A stretch of 63,992 nt of DNA, filler included, from an uncultured bacterium (GTDB taxonomy: Bacteria > Latescibacterota > UBA2968), in the NCBI GenBank assembly GCA_964471275.1. It is 9 parts of 9 records of this genome, joined end to end, with 100 filler letters (N's around TTAATTAATTAA, not from the genome) between each part and the next. Parts side by side here need not be neighbours in the genome. Positions count along the whole stretch, not along the records: positions 1 to 7,549 come from CAYYGZ010000228.1; positions 7,650 to 15,189 come from CAYYGZ010000229.1; 7 more parts are not named here. One strand, 5' to 3'. The notes under the pieces are model-generated. The model saw only the letters and a list, made by a program, of their open reading frames with translations. It made no database searches and was not told where the DNA came from. Of this stretch, positions 1-9,646 are shown piece by piece (the stretch's first letter is position 1; every line of letters begins with the position of its first letter). The translations under genes and the position numbers were made by a program.

Positions 1-484
1 GCCTCCTCTCGCGGTGGTTGTTCCCGTGCTGATGATGTATCGCACCTTTGACCTGCCGAACACACACGCAGGCCTGATCCTGCTCTACACGGGGTTCAAC
101 CTCTCCCTGGCCGTATGGCTGATGAAGGGGTTCATAGACGAAATCCCGAAGGAATACGAGGAGGCCGCTCTTGTCGACGGCTACACACGGTTTCAGGCAT
201 TCCGCCACATCATTCTACCCCAGGCCAGAACAGGTATGGCTGTCACCGCCGTCTTCTGCTTGATCAGTGCATGGAATGAGTACGGGTTCGCGATGACCCT
301 GAACAATGCAGAAGCGGTGACCGTTCCTGTGTATTTCGCCGGCCTTCAGGGAAACATCCAGGGCGTTCCGTGGCCGCAAATTGCGAGTGGGGTTCTGGTG
401 TTCGCGGTTCCAATTGTCGTCTTCACGGTCCTCGTGCGTCGCCATCTGCTGCGTGGCGTAACATTCGGGACCATCAAACAGTAG
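1..484 (+). CDS. Carbohydrate ABC transporter permease (MalG-like), 5' truncated
   Basis: EAA loop (YEEAALVDGYTRFQAF), AWNEY motif, hydrophobic helices; open from window start. Confidence 0.92.
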   Translation, partial: PPLAVVVPVLMMYRTFDLPNTHAGLILLYTGFNLSLAVWLMKGFIDEIPKEYEEAALVDGYTRFQAFRHIILPQARTGMAVTAVFCLISAWNEYGFAMTLNNAEAVTVPVYFAGLQGNIQGVPWPQIASGVLVFAVPIVVFTVLVRRHLLRGVTFGTIKQ

Positions 485-491
485 GTCACCC

Positions 492-665
492 GTGCTACGA
501 GTCATCGACAGGTTCGCTCAAATCGGCCTCGGTGCGGGCATCGCGCTTGCGCTGCAGCCCTGGTGGGGACCCGGACTGCGTGCCGGATTCTTTGTTACGC
601 TCGTCGCAACTGTCCTGCACATCGTCACTTCACATCTGGATCCAGGCGCCAAAGCAACCGAATGA
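492..665 (+). CDS. Small 57-aa two-helix membrane protein, probable accessory subunit of the ABC transporter (not in ORF track)
   Basis: GTG at 492 after AGGT; translates to MLRVIDRFAQIGLGAGIALALQPWWGPGLRAGFFVTLVATVLHIVTSHLDPGAKATE; stop overlaps next ATG (ATGA 662-665). Confidence 0.75.
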   Translation: MLRVIDRFAQIGLGAGIALALQPWWGPGLRAGFFVTLVATVLHIVTSHLDPGAKATE

Positions 666-1708
666 GACTGGAAGCACTCACCAAAACGTTTCCGGACGGA
701 ACGGAAGCCGTCAAAGGAATCGATCTAGACCTTGTGGAAGGCCGATTCGCCGTCCTGTTAGGACCTTCCGGCTGCGGTAAAACGACGGCACTACGCATGG
801 TCGCTGGCCTGGAGGCACCGACATCGGGTCGTATTCTCCTCGCAGAGCGTGATATCACGATCCTCCCCGCCTCTCGGCGTGACGTTGGTTTCGTCTTTCA
901 GTTCTACGCACTCTACCCGCACATGAATGTGCGAAACAACATCGGCTTCCCTCTAGACAACCTTGGCGTCAATCCTGCTGATCGGGATGCCAGGGTATGC
1001 GCCACTGCACGACGCCTCGGGATCGAATCTTTACTGGACCGGCATCCGAATCAGCTGAGCGGCGGCGACCAGCAGAGAGTCTCGCTTGCTCGAGCGATGG
1101 TAAGAGACCCGAGTATCTACCTGATGGACGAACCGCTGGGACAGCTGGACACGAACATCCGGCTAGAACTGCGAGAGGCTATTCGAAGCCAGCAACTCGA
1201 GACCGGCGTGACCACCGTTTACGTGACACACGATCAGGAGGAGGCCCTCAGTCTGGCCGATGACGTCATCGTCATGAATGAGGGTCGTATCGAACAGATC
1301 GGGTCACCGGAAGACATCTATTACAGACCGGAGACCTTGTTTGTGGCAAACTTCGTCGGCAGCTCGGGCATGAACACTGTCGAGGGAACCGTGCGAAGGG
1401 TTGAGGGCAATGCTGTATTCCGTTCCGGATCCGGGTCACTTCAGCTCTCACAACCAACGGCCACCGGCGACGTGACACTCGGGATCCGGCCTGAATGCGT
1501 CCGTATCGTCCCAACAGGCAGCATCTCGGGATCCGTCAGGATTTCCGAATATTTCGGTGACCACCACCTCATCCATCTCGACACAGACTTCGGTGATCTC
1601 TCCGCCAGATCTGCAGAGGCGAGGCCAGTCGGTGAACGTGTTCGCATCGATTTCGACGTCAACCGTATCCGGTTGTTCGATCCGCGGGACGGAGGGCTTC
1701 TGCAATGA
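662..1708 (+). CDS. Sugar ABC transporter ATP-binding protein (MalK/UgpC-like)
   Basis: Walker A GPSGCGKT, signature LSGGDQQR, Walker B YLMDEP, C-terminal TOBE; start moved from 563 to ATG 662. Confidence 0.95.
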   Translation: MRLEALTKTFPDGTEAVKGIDLDLVEGRFAVLLGPSGCGKTTALRMVAGLEAPTSGRILLAERDITILPASRRDVGFVFQFYALYPHMNVRNNIGFPLDNLGVNPADRDARVCATARRLGIESLLDRHPNQLSGGDQQRVSLARAMVRDPSIYLMDEPLGQLDTNIRLELREAIRSQQLETGVTTVYVTHDQEEALSLADDVIVMNEGRIEQIGSPEDIYYRPETLFVANFVGSSGMNTVEGTVRRVEGNAVFRSGSGSLQLSQPTATGDVTLGIRPECVRIVPTGSISGSVRISEYFGDHHLIHLDTDFGDLSARSAEARPVGERVRIDFDVNRIRLFDPRDGGLLQ

Positions 1709-2754
1709 CCTCCGCACTGACGGTTTCGGACCTGCGAGTCTCCTACACCGGCACAGTCGCTCTGCAAAATGTCTCTCTTGAACTGCGACCCAGCGAACTG
1801 CTGGTCATCCTCGGGCCGACCGGGGCAGGCAAGACCACCTTGCTCAGAACGATCGCGGGTTTGCAGGAGTCGGACTCGGGCGTCATATCAATCGGGGGAA
1901 GAATCGCCACCCATTCTCCCCCGGCAGATCGTGACATTGCAATGGTCTTCCAGAACTTCTCACTGTATCCTGATCGCACCGTTCGCGAGAATCTGAGCTT
2001 TCCTCTGCGCTCTCCCTCATCCCGCATTGCTGAGGAAGAAATCGAGAGTCGTGTGGAATGGGCAGCAGACATGCTCAGGATCCGCAGACTGCTTAATCGT
2101 CCGGCGACACAGCTCTCGGGAGGCGAAATGCAGCGTGTCGCGATTGGTCGGGCCATCGTACGCAGGCCTCGCATCTTCCTGTTTGACGAGCCTCTGACGA
2201 ACCTGGATGCAAAACTCCGCGAGTCGCTCAGAGTCGAGATCATCGCACTCCAGAAGGAACTGGGCGTTCCAATGATCTACGTCACCCACGATCAGGCCGA
2301 GGCCCTGTCGATGGCCGACAGAATCGTTGTACTGACTGACGGTTGCGTCTCGCAGATGGGTACTGCCTCCGACGTATATGAACGACCCGCCACACCTGGC
2401 GTGGCCAGACAGCTCGGGTATCCTCTGATCAACCTGTTCGAGGTCACGCAAGTGAACGGATACTGGATCAGCTCGGACGGCGACAGACTTGCTCCGTCCG
2501 ACGGCAAGCTGGATAGAGCCACCCTCGGCATCCGTCCCGAGAACATCGGCACGACAGGAGGGCCCACAGCGGGCACGATCCGGATAGTCGAGAACCTGGG
2601 ACCTTCCTGCATCCTTCTTGTCGATTACGCGGGCACCGAACTGCACATACTGGCTGATCGCGACAGCAGCCATCACCCCGGCGATACGATACGTCCAGCC
2701 TTCCATCCGGATCGGCTGCTTGTCTGGCCAAACCATGAACACGTGAACGGATAA
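1705..2754 (+). CDS. Second sugar ABC transporter ATP-binding protein
   Basis: GPTGAGKT, LSGGEMQR, FLFDEP; ATGA overlap with upstream gene. Confidence 0.95.
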   Translation: MTSALTVSDLRVSYTGTVALQNVSLELRPSELLVILGPTGAGKTTLLRTIAGLQESDSGVISIGGRIATHSPPADRDIAMVFQNFSLYPDRTVRENLSFPLRSPSSRIAEEEIESRVEWAADMLRIRRLLNRPATQLSGGEMQRVAIGRAIVRRPRIFLFDEPLTNLDAKLRESLRVEIIALQKELGVPMIYVTHDQAEALSMADRIVVLTDGCVSQMGTASDVYERPATPGVARQLGYPLINLFEVTQVNGYWISSDGDRLAPSDGKLDRATLGIRPENIGTTGGPTAGTIRIVENLGPSCILLVDYAGTELHILADRDSSHHPGDTIRPAFHPDRLLVWPNHEHVNG

Positions 2755-2764
2755 GGAACACGTT

Positions 2765-3793
2765 ATGTCTTCACCAGTCAGAATCGTACTCGTCGGCTGC
2801 GGCGGAATGAGCCGCCGATGGACTCAGGTAAGCAAGGACACCGACCAGATCGACCTCGTCGGCTTCGTGGACATCGACAAGGAAGCGGCGAGCGCCAGAG
2901 CAGCCGACTACGGTGCTGATAATGCCGTGATCGGGACCGATCTCGACAAGGTGCTGGACCAAACCACCCCGGACGCTGTCTTCGACTGTACTGTCCCTGA
3001 AGTACACACAGCGGTCGCACTGGAAGCGTTTTCGCACGGCTGTCACGTCATGAGTGAAAAACCTATGTCGGACTCCATGGAGAACGCCCGCAGAGCGGCA
3101 CGCGCCGCAGAGGAAACCGACAGGATCTATGCCATCATCCAGAACCGCCGGTATGACCCCAACATCAGACGGCTCTCTCGCACATTGCGGGACGGCGCGA
3201 TCGGTGATCTCACCACGATCAACTCTGACTTCTATATCGGTGCGCACTTCGGTGGGTTTCGCGATCACCTGCCTCACGTCCTCCTGCTCGACATGGCGAT
3301 ACACACGTTCGACGCAGCGCGTCTGATCACGGGAGCAGATGCTGTATCGGTCTACTGTAAAGAGTGGAATCCATCGGGATCCTGGTATGACCGCGATGCT
3401 TCAGCGATCGCCATCTTTGAAATGTCTGGCGGAATCGTCTACACCTACCGCGGGAGCTGGTGCTCGGAGGGCCTGAACACAACGTGGGAATGCGATTGGC
3501 GCGTAATCGGGAAACAGGGGTCGATGACCTGGGATGGCGTGGAGGGATTCCGGGGTGATCGTGTCGTCAAGACAGACGGGTTCCGGTCTGACTGTGAGAA
3601 CTTGCGTGTGTCCGACGCGGACCTCACTGACAGAATCGGCGGGCACGAAGGATTGATTCACGACTTTGTCCACTGTGTTCAGAACGGTGGTACACCGGAG
3701 ACCGCTCACACAGACAACATCAAGAGTCTGGCTATGGTCTTTGGCGCAATCGAAAGCGCGGAATCCAACACACCGGTTGTGATTGACGTCTGA
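2765..3793 (+). CDS. Gfo/Idh/MocA family oxidoreductase
   Basis: VGCGGM Rossmann motif, SEKP, LLDMAIH. Confidence 0.93.
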   Translation: MSSPVRIVLVGCGGMSRRWTQVSKDTDQIDLVGFVDIDKEAASARAADYGADNAVIGTDLDKVLDQTTPDAVFDCTVPEVHTAVALEAFSHGCHVMSEKPMSDSMENARRAARAAEETDRIYAIIQNRRYDPNIRRLSRTLRDGAIGDLTTINSDFYIGAHFGGFRDHLPHVLLLDMAIHTFDAARLITGADAVSVYCKEWNPSGSWYDRDASAIAIFEMSGGIVYTYRGSWCSEGLNTTWECDWRVIGKQGSMTWDGVEGFRGDRVVKTDGFRSDCENLRVSDADLTDRIGGHEGLIHDFVHCVQNGGTPETAHTDNIKSLAMVFGAIESAESNTPVVIDV

Positions 3794-3813
3794 CTCGGCT
3801 CTGCGGAGTTCTG

Positions 3814-4533
3814 ATGCGACTTGTGGATGCCTACGACATCATTCTACTCGACCAGGGCAAGACATTCATGTTTGGCAACGATCGGTTAGGGCCGAATGAG
3901 GATTACAATGCGACCTATCGACGCGTCGGTGGCACGGAACTGTCCGAAAACGATATCCAAACGGCGGTCTCCCGGACCCACACGGTTCTGCTGAACGCCT
4001 ATTGTGACGGGGTCAGGGATGACTGCTTCCAAACAGTTCAGGAAGCCGCCCTCGAAGCTGATCTGGAATTTCCGGAGCTCGAAATCGATCTTCTGGATGA
4101 CTTGATCGCGGAACACGAGATCGGCTCGATCAGTGACGCACATCGAAGGGCAAACCACAGTCTGGCCGCGACGCACCGTCTTGGCATAATTCCGAATATC
4201 AGGGCACGGCCATCGCGCTTCGAGCAAAAACTACAGCAGGTCGGCCTCTTCGATTGCTTCGAATATACGGTGTGGTCGTCCACATACCGGAAGAGCAAGC
4301 CCTCTCGCCACCTGTTTGATGTAGCACTGGATTACTGGCAAATCGAACCTGAGCACATTCTCTATGTCGGGAACGATCCTTTGAGAGATGTGACGGGTGC
4401 GAAAGCAGCCGGCATGGGAGCAGCCTGGATCAACGTGGAATCGGATCGGTTGCCTGAAGGTTGTTCGACACCGGACGTATCGATGCTGGACCTTTGTGAC
4501 TTGGAAAGTCTGGAGACAGGAGAGGAACCATGA
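3814..4533 (+). CDS. HAD-superfamily hydrolase
   Basis: N-terminal ILLDQGKT, SKPS motif, YVGNDPLRDVTGA. Confidence 0.8.
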   Translation: MRLVDAYDIILLDQGKTFMFGNDRLGPNEDYNATYRRVGGTELSENDIQTAVSRTHTVLLNAYCDGVRDDCFQTVQEAALEADLEFPELEIDLLDDLIAEHEIGSISDAHRRANHSLAATHRLGIIPNIRARPSRFEQKLQQVGLFDCFEYTVWSSTYRKSKPSRHLFDVALDYWQIEPEHILYVGNDPLRDVTGAKAAGMGAAWINVESDRLPEGCSTPDVSMLDLCDLESLETGEEP

Positions 4534-5618
4534 GCAGTGACAGACCACGGGCACGCGATCTTGGTATCGAAATTGGCAGTCGATCTCCCGGTCCTCTGAA
4601 CGCGATAACGGACGTATCTGGCGTAAGTATCGGACACGTTACGCTCATCGAGGGAGAAGGCCCACTCAAAGTTGGAAAGGGTCCGATCCGTACAGGTGTA
4701 ACAGCCATCCTCCCTCCCGGGGACAACTGGTGGAATGAGCCGGTTGAAGCCGGAAATTACGTGATCAACGGAGCCGGAACGACAGCCGGGCTTTCGTTTC
4801 TCGACGAATACCATCGGATCGAAACACCCATTCTGCTAACAAACACGCTCAGCGTGGGCACCGCCTTCGAAGGCATCGTGCGCTACATGGTGGATCACTG
4901 CTTCGCGGGCAGAGACAGTATCCCCTGGTTCAATCCTGTTGTGGGTGAAACTTCGGATGCAGGCCTGAATGACATCGGCGGCCTTCACGTGCGACCTGAA
5001 CACGCCATCGAGGCAATCGAGAATGCGCACACCGACCTTGTCGAAGAGGGATGTGTCGGCGGAGGTACAGCGATGTCAGCGCTTGGGTGGAAAGGCGGGA
5101 TCGGTACGTCGTCCCGCAAGATGCAGATCGCGGGTGAAGAAGCCACAATCGGTGTGCTTGTACAGGCGAATTTCGGCGGTATTCTGACCGTGTCGGGTGT
5201 ATCGATGGCCGATCTACAACCAGATCCCCACGAGGAACGACACGGCGCGTCCGTCATGATCATCTTCGCGACCGATCTGCCCCTCACAGGTTCCGATCTC
5301 GACCGCGTGGCGAAACGCGCCACCTTTGGTCTCGCACGATCGGGATCCACCGGAGGCCACGGCAGTGGTGACTATGTGATCGGATTTTCTACGACGTGGC
5401 GGGACAATCGGAAGGCCATGATCCGGGAAGCGATGCGTGAAGACGAATCGCTGATTAACGTGCCTTTCGAAGCCATCGCGGACGCGACAGAGGAAGCGAT
5501 TCTGAACGCCGTGTTCAAGGCGACGACACTGGTGGGCCGGGACGGCATCGTACGCCACGCCGTCCCGATCGACAGGGTCGTCGGTCGCCTCCGGCGGGCG
5601 GGTGTGGTCAGGTCCTAG
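4530..5618 (+). CDS. P1/S58 family peptidase (DmpA-like L-aminopeptidase/D-esterase)
   Basis: RARDLGI, NAITDVSGV, RTGVTAILP, PVVGETSD, KGGIGTSSR, GSGDYVIGFST. Confidence 0.92.
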   Translation: MSSDRPRARDLGIEIGSRSPGPLNAITDVSGVSIGHVTLIEGEGPLKVGKGPIRTGVTAILPPGDNWWNEPVEAGNYVINGAGTTAGLSFLDEYHRIETPILLTNTLSVGTAFEGIVRYMVDHCFAGRDSIPWFNPVVGETSDAGLNDIGGLHVRPEHAIEAIENAHTDLVEEGCVGGGTAMSALGWKGGIGTSSRKMQIAGEEATIGVLVQANFGGILTVSGVSMADLQPDPHEERHGASVMIIFATDLPLTGSDLDRVAKRATFGLARSGSTGGHGSGDYVIGFSTTWRDNRKAMIREAMREDESLINVPFEAIADATEEAILNAVFKATTLVGRDGIVRHAVPIDRVVGRLRRAGVVRS

Positions 5619-5665
5619 TATTGTATCACGTAAGATCCTTGTCTCATCCGTCGAGTCGTGACCAG

Positions 5666-5721
5666 CCCTTCGATACGCCGCCCGCACAAAAACCTGCACC
5701 GGCAGGCACTCAGGAACACGG
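5666..5721 (+). repeat. REP-like intergenic palindromic repeat, copy A
   Basis: CCCTTCGATAC...CACTCAGGAACACGG; same ends as the 5989-6045 and 33720-33744 copies. Confidence 0.55.
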
Positions 5722-5811
5722 TGTCTTCTTCTTGACCTTGTGTATGAACATCGGGGACGACATACCAGCCTGGTGTACGCATGAATCCTATTACGCCAGC
5801 CCCAAGGCACC

Positions 5812-5836
5812 GTCACACCGAGCGCGAGTCGAGGTG
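5812..5836 (-). repeat. REP-like hairpin repeat
   Basis: Reverse complement CACCTCGACTCGCGCTCGGTGTGAC matches 33720-33744 at 20/25 nt with compensatory stem changes. Confidence 0.65.
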
Positions 5837-5988
5837 TAGGTCCTACCGAAACGAGCCGACCGGTGCTCAGGCTGCCAACGCTATGTCGGACAGATACTTA
5901 GCATGTGGGCACTTACGGGTCTATGCTTGATTCAGGCTAGTATTGCGTCGCGTAAGTAACTGTCCCTGTTCTGGCGATCTATGGCCGT

Positions 5989-6045
5989 CCCTTGATACAC
6001 CCACCGCCGCTTCAGGCTGCGGCGATGGGCACTCGGGATGAACGG
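5989..6045 (+). repeat. REP-like intergenic palindromic repeat, copy B
   Basis: CCCTTGATAC...CACTCGGGATGAACGG with internal CGCCGC/GCGGCG stem. Confidence 0.55.
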
Positions 6046-6090
6046 TGTACATCAGTGCCAACAGTACGTTAATTTGCAGCCAAGCTCTGC

Positions 6091-7152
6091 CTATCCGAAA
6101 GGCAGATCCACCCGTGAATTGCTCGTGTGATGAGAATCCAAGATTCCAAGCATGATCTCGAGCGTCTTACGTGCTTCGCGAGCCGGCGAAACGAGCTCCC
6201 CGCCGTGTCTGAGAACATCCACTATTTCGGGCAAGAAACCCGCCTTGAACTGATGCATATAGCTCGCAGGCACGATCGTCTGCCGACTCCACTCGCGATG
6301 ACTGGTTGCCCTGACCAGCACGGCTTCACGGTCGGATATTTCGATTCGTCCCTCGTCGCACTGGAGATACATCTGAGATCCGGGGAAGTTCATCTTTCGG
6401 CAGTTGAAGAACGCCCGCACACCGTTCTGGAATCGGATGTAGGCAGCCGTATCCGGGTCCATCGCCGGATCGTGCCCCCCATCTCCCTTGTATTCGGTGA
6501 AATCACCGAACCCGGTCTCGAGTTCCGCAGTGACCCACTCGGGACCTGATTCTGCATAGAAACAGATCATATCGATCAGGTGCGTCCCGTTCCGGAACAT
6601 CATCGCTCGCGTGCTGAACAGATCACAATGTATCGTCTTCAATTCACCGATCTCGCCGCTCCGTATCAGCTCACGCGCTGTCAGGTATGACGGATGCCAT
6701 CGCCGTGAATGCTCGATCGAAAGCAGCACGTCTTCGCGCTCTGTCGCTTCAATCATGCGATCCGCGTCTGCAAGCGTTGTCGCGATCGGCTTCTCACAGA
6801 TAATCGCCTTTGTCGCCTCCTGTTCGGCGGCTGTTACCGTGATGTCCGCATGCACGTGATCGCCCGTGACGACACTCACGATCTCCGGCCGCTCTGTGTC
6901 CAGCATCTCCCGGTAATCTCTATAGTATCTCAAATCGGGCCACACATCCTGCCATCGCTCCTTGAAGTCATTCAGAAGCCCGTCATCGAGGTCGCAGACG
7001 CCGACCAGTTGCGTATCCACACTGCGATGATACGCCGACGCATGCGAGTTTGGCATTGCCCCATACAACGGCAATCCCTCGGCCTCCAAGGGTCGCTGGG
7101 CCCCGATTCCACGGAGCCCGATGATCACTGAGTTCAGTTTCTGTTCACCCAA
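6091..7152 (-). CDS. Gfo/Idh/MocA family oxidoreductase
   Basis: IIGLRGIG, CEKP, NGTHLID. Confidence 0.92.
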   Translation of the reverse strand: MGEQKLNSVIIGLRGIGAQRPLEAEGLPLYGAMPNSHASAYHRSVDTQLVGVCDLDDGLLNDFKERWQDVWPDLRYYRDYREMLDTERPEIVSVVTGDHVHADITVTAAEQEATKAIICEKPIATTLADADRMIEATEREDVLLSIEHSRRWHPSYLTARELIRSGEIGELKTIHCDLFSTRAMMFRNGTHLIDMICFYAESGPEWVTAELETGFGDFTEYKGDGGHDPAMDPDTAAYIRFQNGVRAFFNCRKMNFPGSQMYLQCDEGRIEISDREAVLVRATSHREWSRQTIVPASYMHQFKAGFLPEIVDVLRHGGELVSPAREARKTLEIMLGILDSHHTSNSRVDLPFG

Positions 7153-7153
7153 C

Positions 7154-7549
7154 TCAGCCTCTCTCCCTGTCCAGATACGTTTCTCTTATCTCCGCCGTAG
7201 TGACACCGCACACCTCCAGCCCCAGGCCCTGCCCCATCTCCATCAACCCGCTAACCGTGCTCTCAAGCACACCCTGACGACTTCTGTCGGATTCATTTGC
7301 TGACCAGTAATTCACGAAATTGTGTGTCAGAATGCAGACGTGCTTGACCGGCGAAGACTCCTCGATCTGTCGCAGAACTTCCTGTTTCGCCGCACAGACA
7401 ATAGAGTCTGCGGATGCGCTTTCTATCCTGACATCCCCGACACCGGTCCAGTTGTCACTCACCGTTCGGTCACTAGTGAGTGGTATCTCGACGAAGTCCA
7501 GATCTCCTCTCGCATTCCTGAATGCCTCGTGGGGGCGATGTACATCCCA
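7154..7549 (-). CDS. Hypothetical protein, C-terminal part (possibly polysaccharide deacetylase-like fold)
   Basis: Frame open from contig edge (WDVHRPHEAF...DFVEIPLT...ILTHN); stop adjacent to start of next gene. Confidence 0.55.
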   Translation of the reverse strand, partial: WDVHRPHEAFRNARGDLDFVEIPLTSDRTVSDNWTGVGDVRIESASADSIVCAAKQEVLRQIEESSPVKHVCILTHNFVNYWSANESDRSRQGVLESTVSGLMEMGQGLGLEVCGVTTAEIRETYLDRERG

Positions 7550-7649
7550 NNNNNNNNNNNNNNNNNNNNNNNNNNNNNNNNNNNNNNNNNNNNTTAATTA
7601 ATTAANNNNNNNNNNNNNNNNNNNNNNNNNNNNNNNNNNNNNNNNNNNN
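7550..7649. other. Artificial contig linker
   Basis: N44-TTAATTAATTAA-N44; stops in all six frames. Confidence 0.99.
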
Positions 7650-7793
7650 AACGAGATTATTGTTCAGACTTTCACGGATGTGCAAGGAAACCGTGATCTG
7701 GACAACAAGCAGTTCGAGTTCATCGTGCCTGCGGGTGCCCATCCTATGGATGCCACGAACGAGACGATCGCGTTCTACAAGTCTTTGGAATAG
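7650..7793 (+). CDS. C-terminus of LolA-like outer-membrane lipoprotein carrier protein (partial)
   Basis: QTFTDVQGNRDLDNKQFEFIVPAGAHPMD resembles the LolA-family C-terminal F..V..N..L....F.F..P.GA...D pattern. Confidence 0.55.
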   Translation, partial: NEIIVQTFTDVQGNRDLDNKQFEFIVPAGAHPMDATNETIAFYKSLE

Positions 7794-7813
7794 AGAACCC
7801 GGTGGGGAGAATC

Positions 7814-8359
7814 CTATTGCAAGACGTAGTTGGTGTAGTAGAGCGCTTTCAGAGGGGGGGGAGGCAGTTGTCCCAGAGCCTCCAGTTCAGCATCGTATTC
7901 CCAACCGATGATGTGGTTCCATTCATCTAGGATAGTCTGACGTGCCATCTCCTTGATCTTCGGGGTCCGAAGTTCTTCACGGGTGTAATCGCTGTAGACA
8001 TCGATTACGAAGTTTAGAGCCTTCGCCCACTTCCAGGGCTTCAGAAGCATTTCGTCACGTGCGAGGGGGCCATCGTTCATGGCTACGTCGAACTTCACGA
8101 TCAGGTAGAACCGGCCCTTCCCGTCTCGCGGACTGACGATCATTTCAGGCATGTCCAGGTAGATCTTCTCTTCCACGAGCGACTTGGGAGCGACATACTC
8201 CGGCTCCTTCCCCAGTTCGCTCTCCGGAACTTCGCGGATGAGGAAATACCAGACTGCACCGCCGATCAGGCCGAGCAGGACAACCGCTGCGATGATGATC
8301 GCCGGCCAGTTTAGCTCTTCGTCCTCGTCTTCGTCTATCAGTTCGACTTCGTCAGCCAT
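7814..8359 (-). CDS. FliL-like flagellar basal-body-associated protein
   Basis: Acidic N-terminus, single TM helix ending GGAVWYF, YTREELRTPKIK and LYYTNYVLQ C-terminus; start at ATG 8359. Confidence 0.7.
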   Translation of the reverse strand: MADEVELIDEDEDEELNWPAIIIAAVVLLGLIGGAVWYFLIREVPESELGKEPEYVAPKSLVEEKIYLDMPEMIVSPRDGKGRFYLIVKFDVAMNDGPLARDEMLLKPWKWAKALNFVIDVYSDYTREELRTPKIKEMARQTILDEWNHIIGWEYDAELEALGQLPPPPLKALYYTNYVLQ

Positions 8360-8617
8360 AGGTATCGAGGTTGTTTGATTAAGGATCTGAGATTGCGCTT
8401 GGAAACCGGACAGATGGATCTCTGTATCCAGTCCCATCGGCCCAAGCCGACAGAATTGAAGATAAGGCTTCCCATTTGGGGTGACAACCGAGGACCATCG
8501 TATGATTGATGAAGTGGTGCTGAACGGGGTGCGAGACCAGAGTGATGTTCCGGATTCGACACGAGATGAGGATGCGTTCGACCTGACACCAATCGCATTC
8601 GGGTATGGTATGGGCTT

Positions 8618-9537
8618 GTGATATCGATATCAGAAGGCGATCTGGTCGGTCTTGCGTGCTCACTCGTCTGGGCGACGAGCGCGACGATTGTTCGCACCCA
8701 GTCCTTCAAGATTTCACCGGGGCTGATGAACGCGCTCCGGTGTGCAACGGCTGCCCTGATGTTCTGGGTTCTTCTCTGGCTGTTCGGGTCCATTGCGTCC
8801 TACTCCGCGCTGTCCCTGAATGAATGGCTCCTGCGTGCAAACCGCGCATTGCCCGTAGAGCACCACTNNNNNNNNNNGGATCTGTCGTGATCGGCATCTC
8901 GATGGGAGATACTCTGTATCTCTGGTCGATTAGGGAGATCGGGCCGGCCCGCACCATGGCGGTTGTCGGTATCGTTCCCTTGCCCACTCTGGTGTTCGAG
9001 TATCTCCTGCTGGATGAACCCTTTCCCCCGCAATTCGTCGCCGGATGCTTCCTTGTTGTCGGTGGTGTTGCCTGCCTCTCCCAGCGCGGAACCCAGAACG
9101 AATCCGTCATTGGTCGCCTGAAGCTCGGCATTCTGCTTTCTCTGTCAGCCACGGTGCTCTGGGGATTGAGCACGGTGATGCTCAAACCTGCAATCGCCAA
9201 TATCGGACCCATTGAGGCGAATAGCGTCCGGATGCCTCTGGTGGCAACACTCCTGTTTGGTGGCTACATTCTGACAAGACCCTCTCACGGCAGGCAGCCT
9301 TTGACCGGCAGAACTGCCCTGATCGTTGCCGGTACCGGTCTCCTGGGTATGGGATTCGGCTCTTATCTTTTTCTCAAGTCGATTGCTATGATTGGTGCCA
9401 CGAAGACGGCCGTCCTCGGCGCCCTAGCACCTGTGTTCACGATGGGGATGTCAGCGGTCTTCCTGAAGGAGCGCATCACGAGACTGATTGTGCTCGGTGT
9501 AGTACTGTGCGTGGGGGGGGTGCTGTTGGTGTTGTGA
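8618..9537 (+). CDS. EamA/DMT family transporter, interrupted by scaffold gap 8868-8877
   Basis: Two five-helix repeats (GDTLYLWSIREIGPART; YLFLKSIAMIGATKT...FLKERIT); frame change coincides with the N gap. Confidence 0.88.
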
Positions 9538-9646
9538 ATCTACGATCGAGGAAAGAAGATCGAGAATTGAGAGCCAGAGATCTCAAGCTTGATTGTGTGT
9601 GAATCCAAAGCGACTTCAATTCTCTATCGTCAGTTATCAATCATCA

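Noticed and set aside
5621..5839. 72-aa ORF after the DmpA-like gene
   Set aside because: Runs through REP-like repeats, has no RBS and shows no recognisable motif.
8834..8877. Apparent frameshift or insertion in the EamA gene
   Set aside because: Coincides with a 10-N scaffold gap, and the bases before it look like assembly overhang. The same applies to the gaps at 34464-34473 and 42030-42039.
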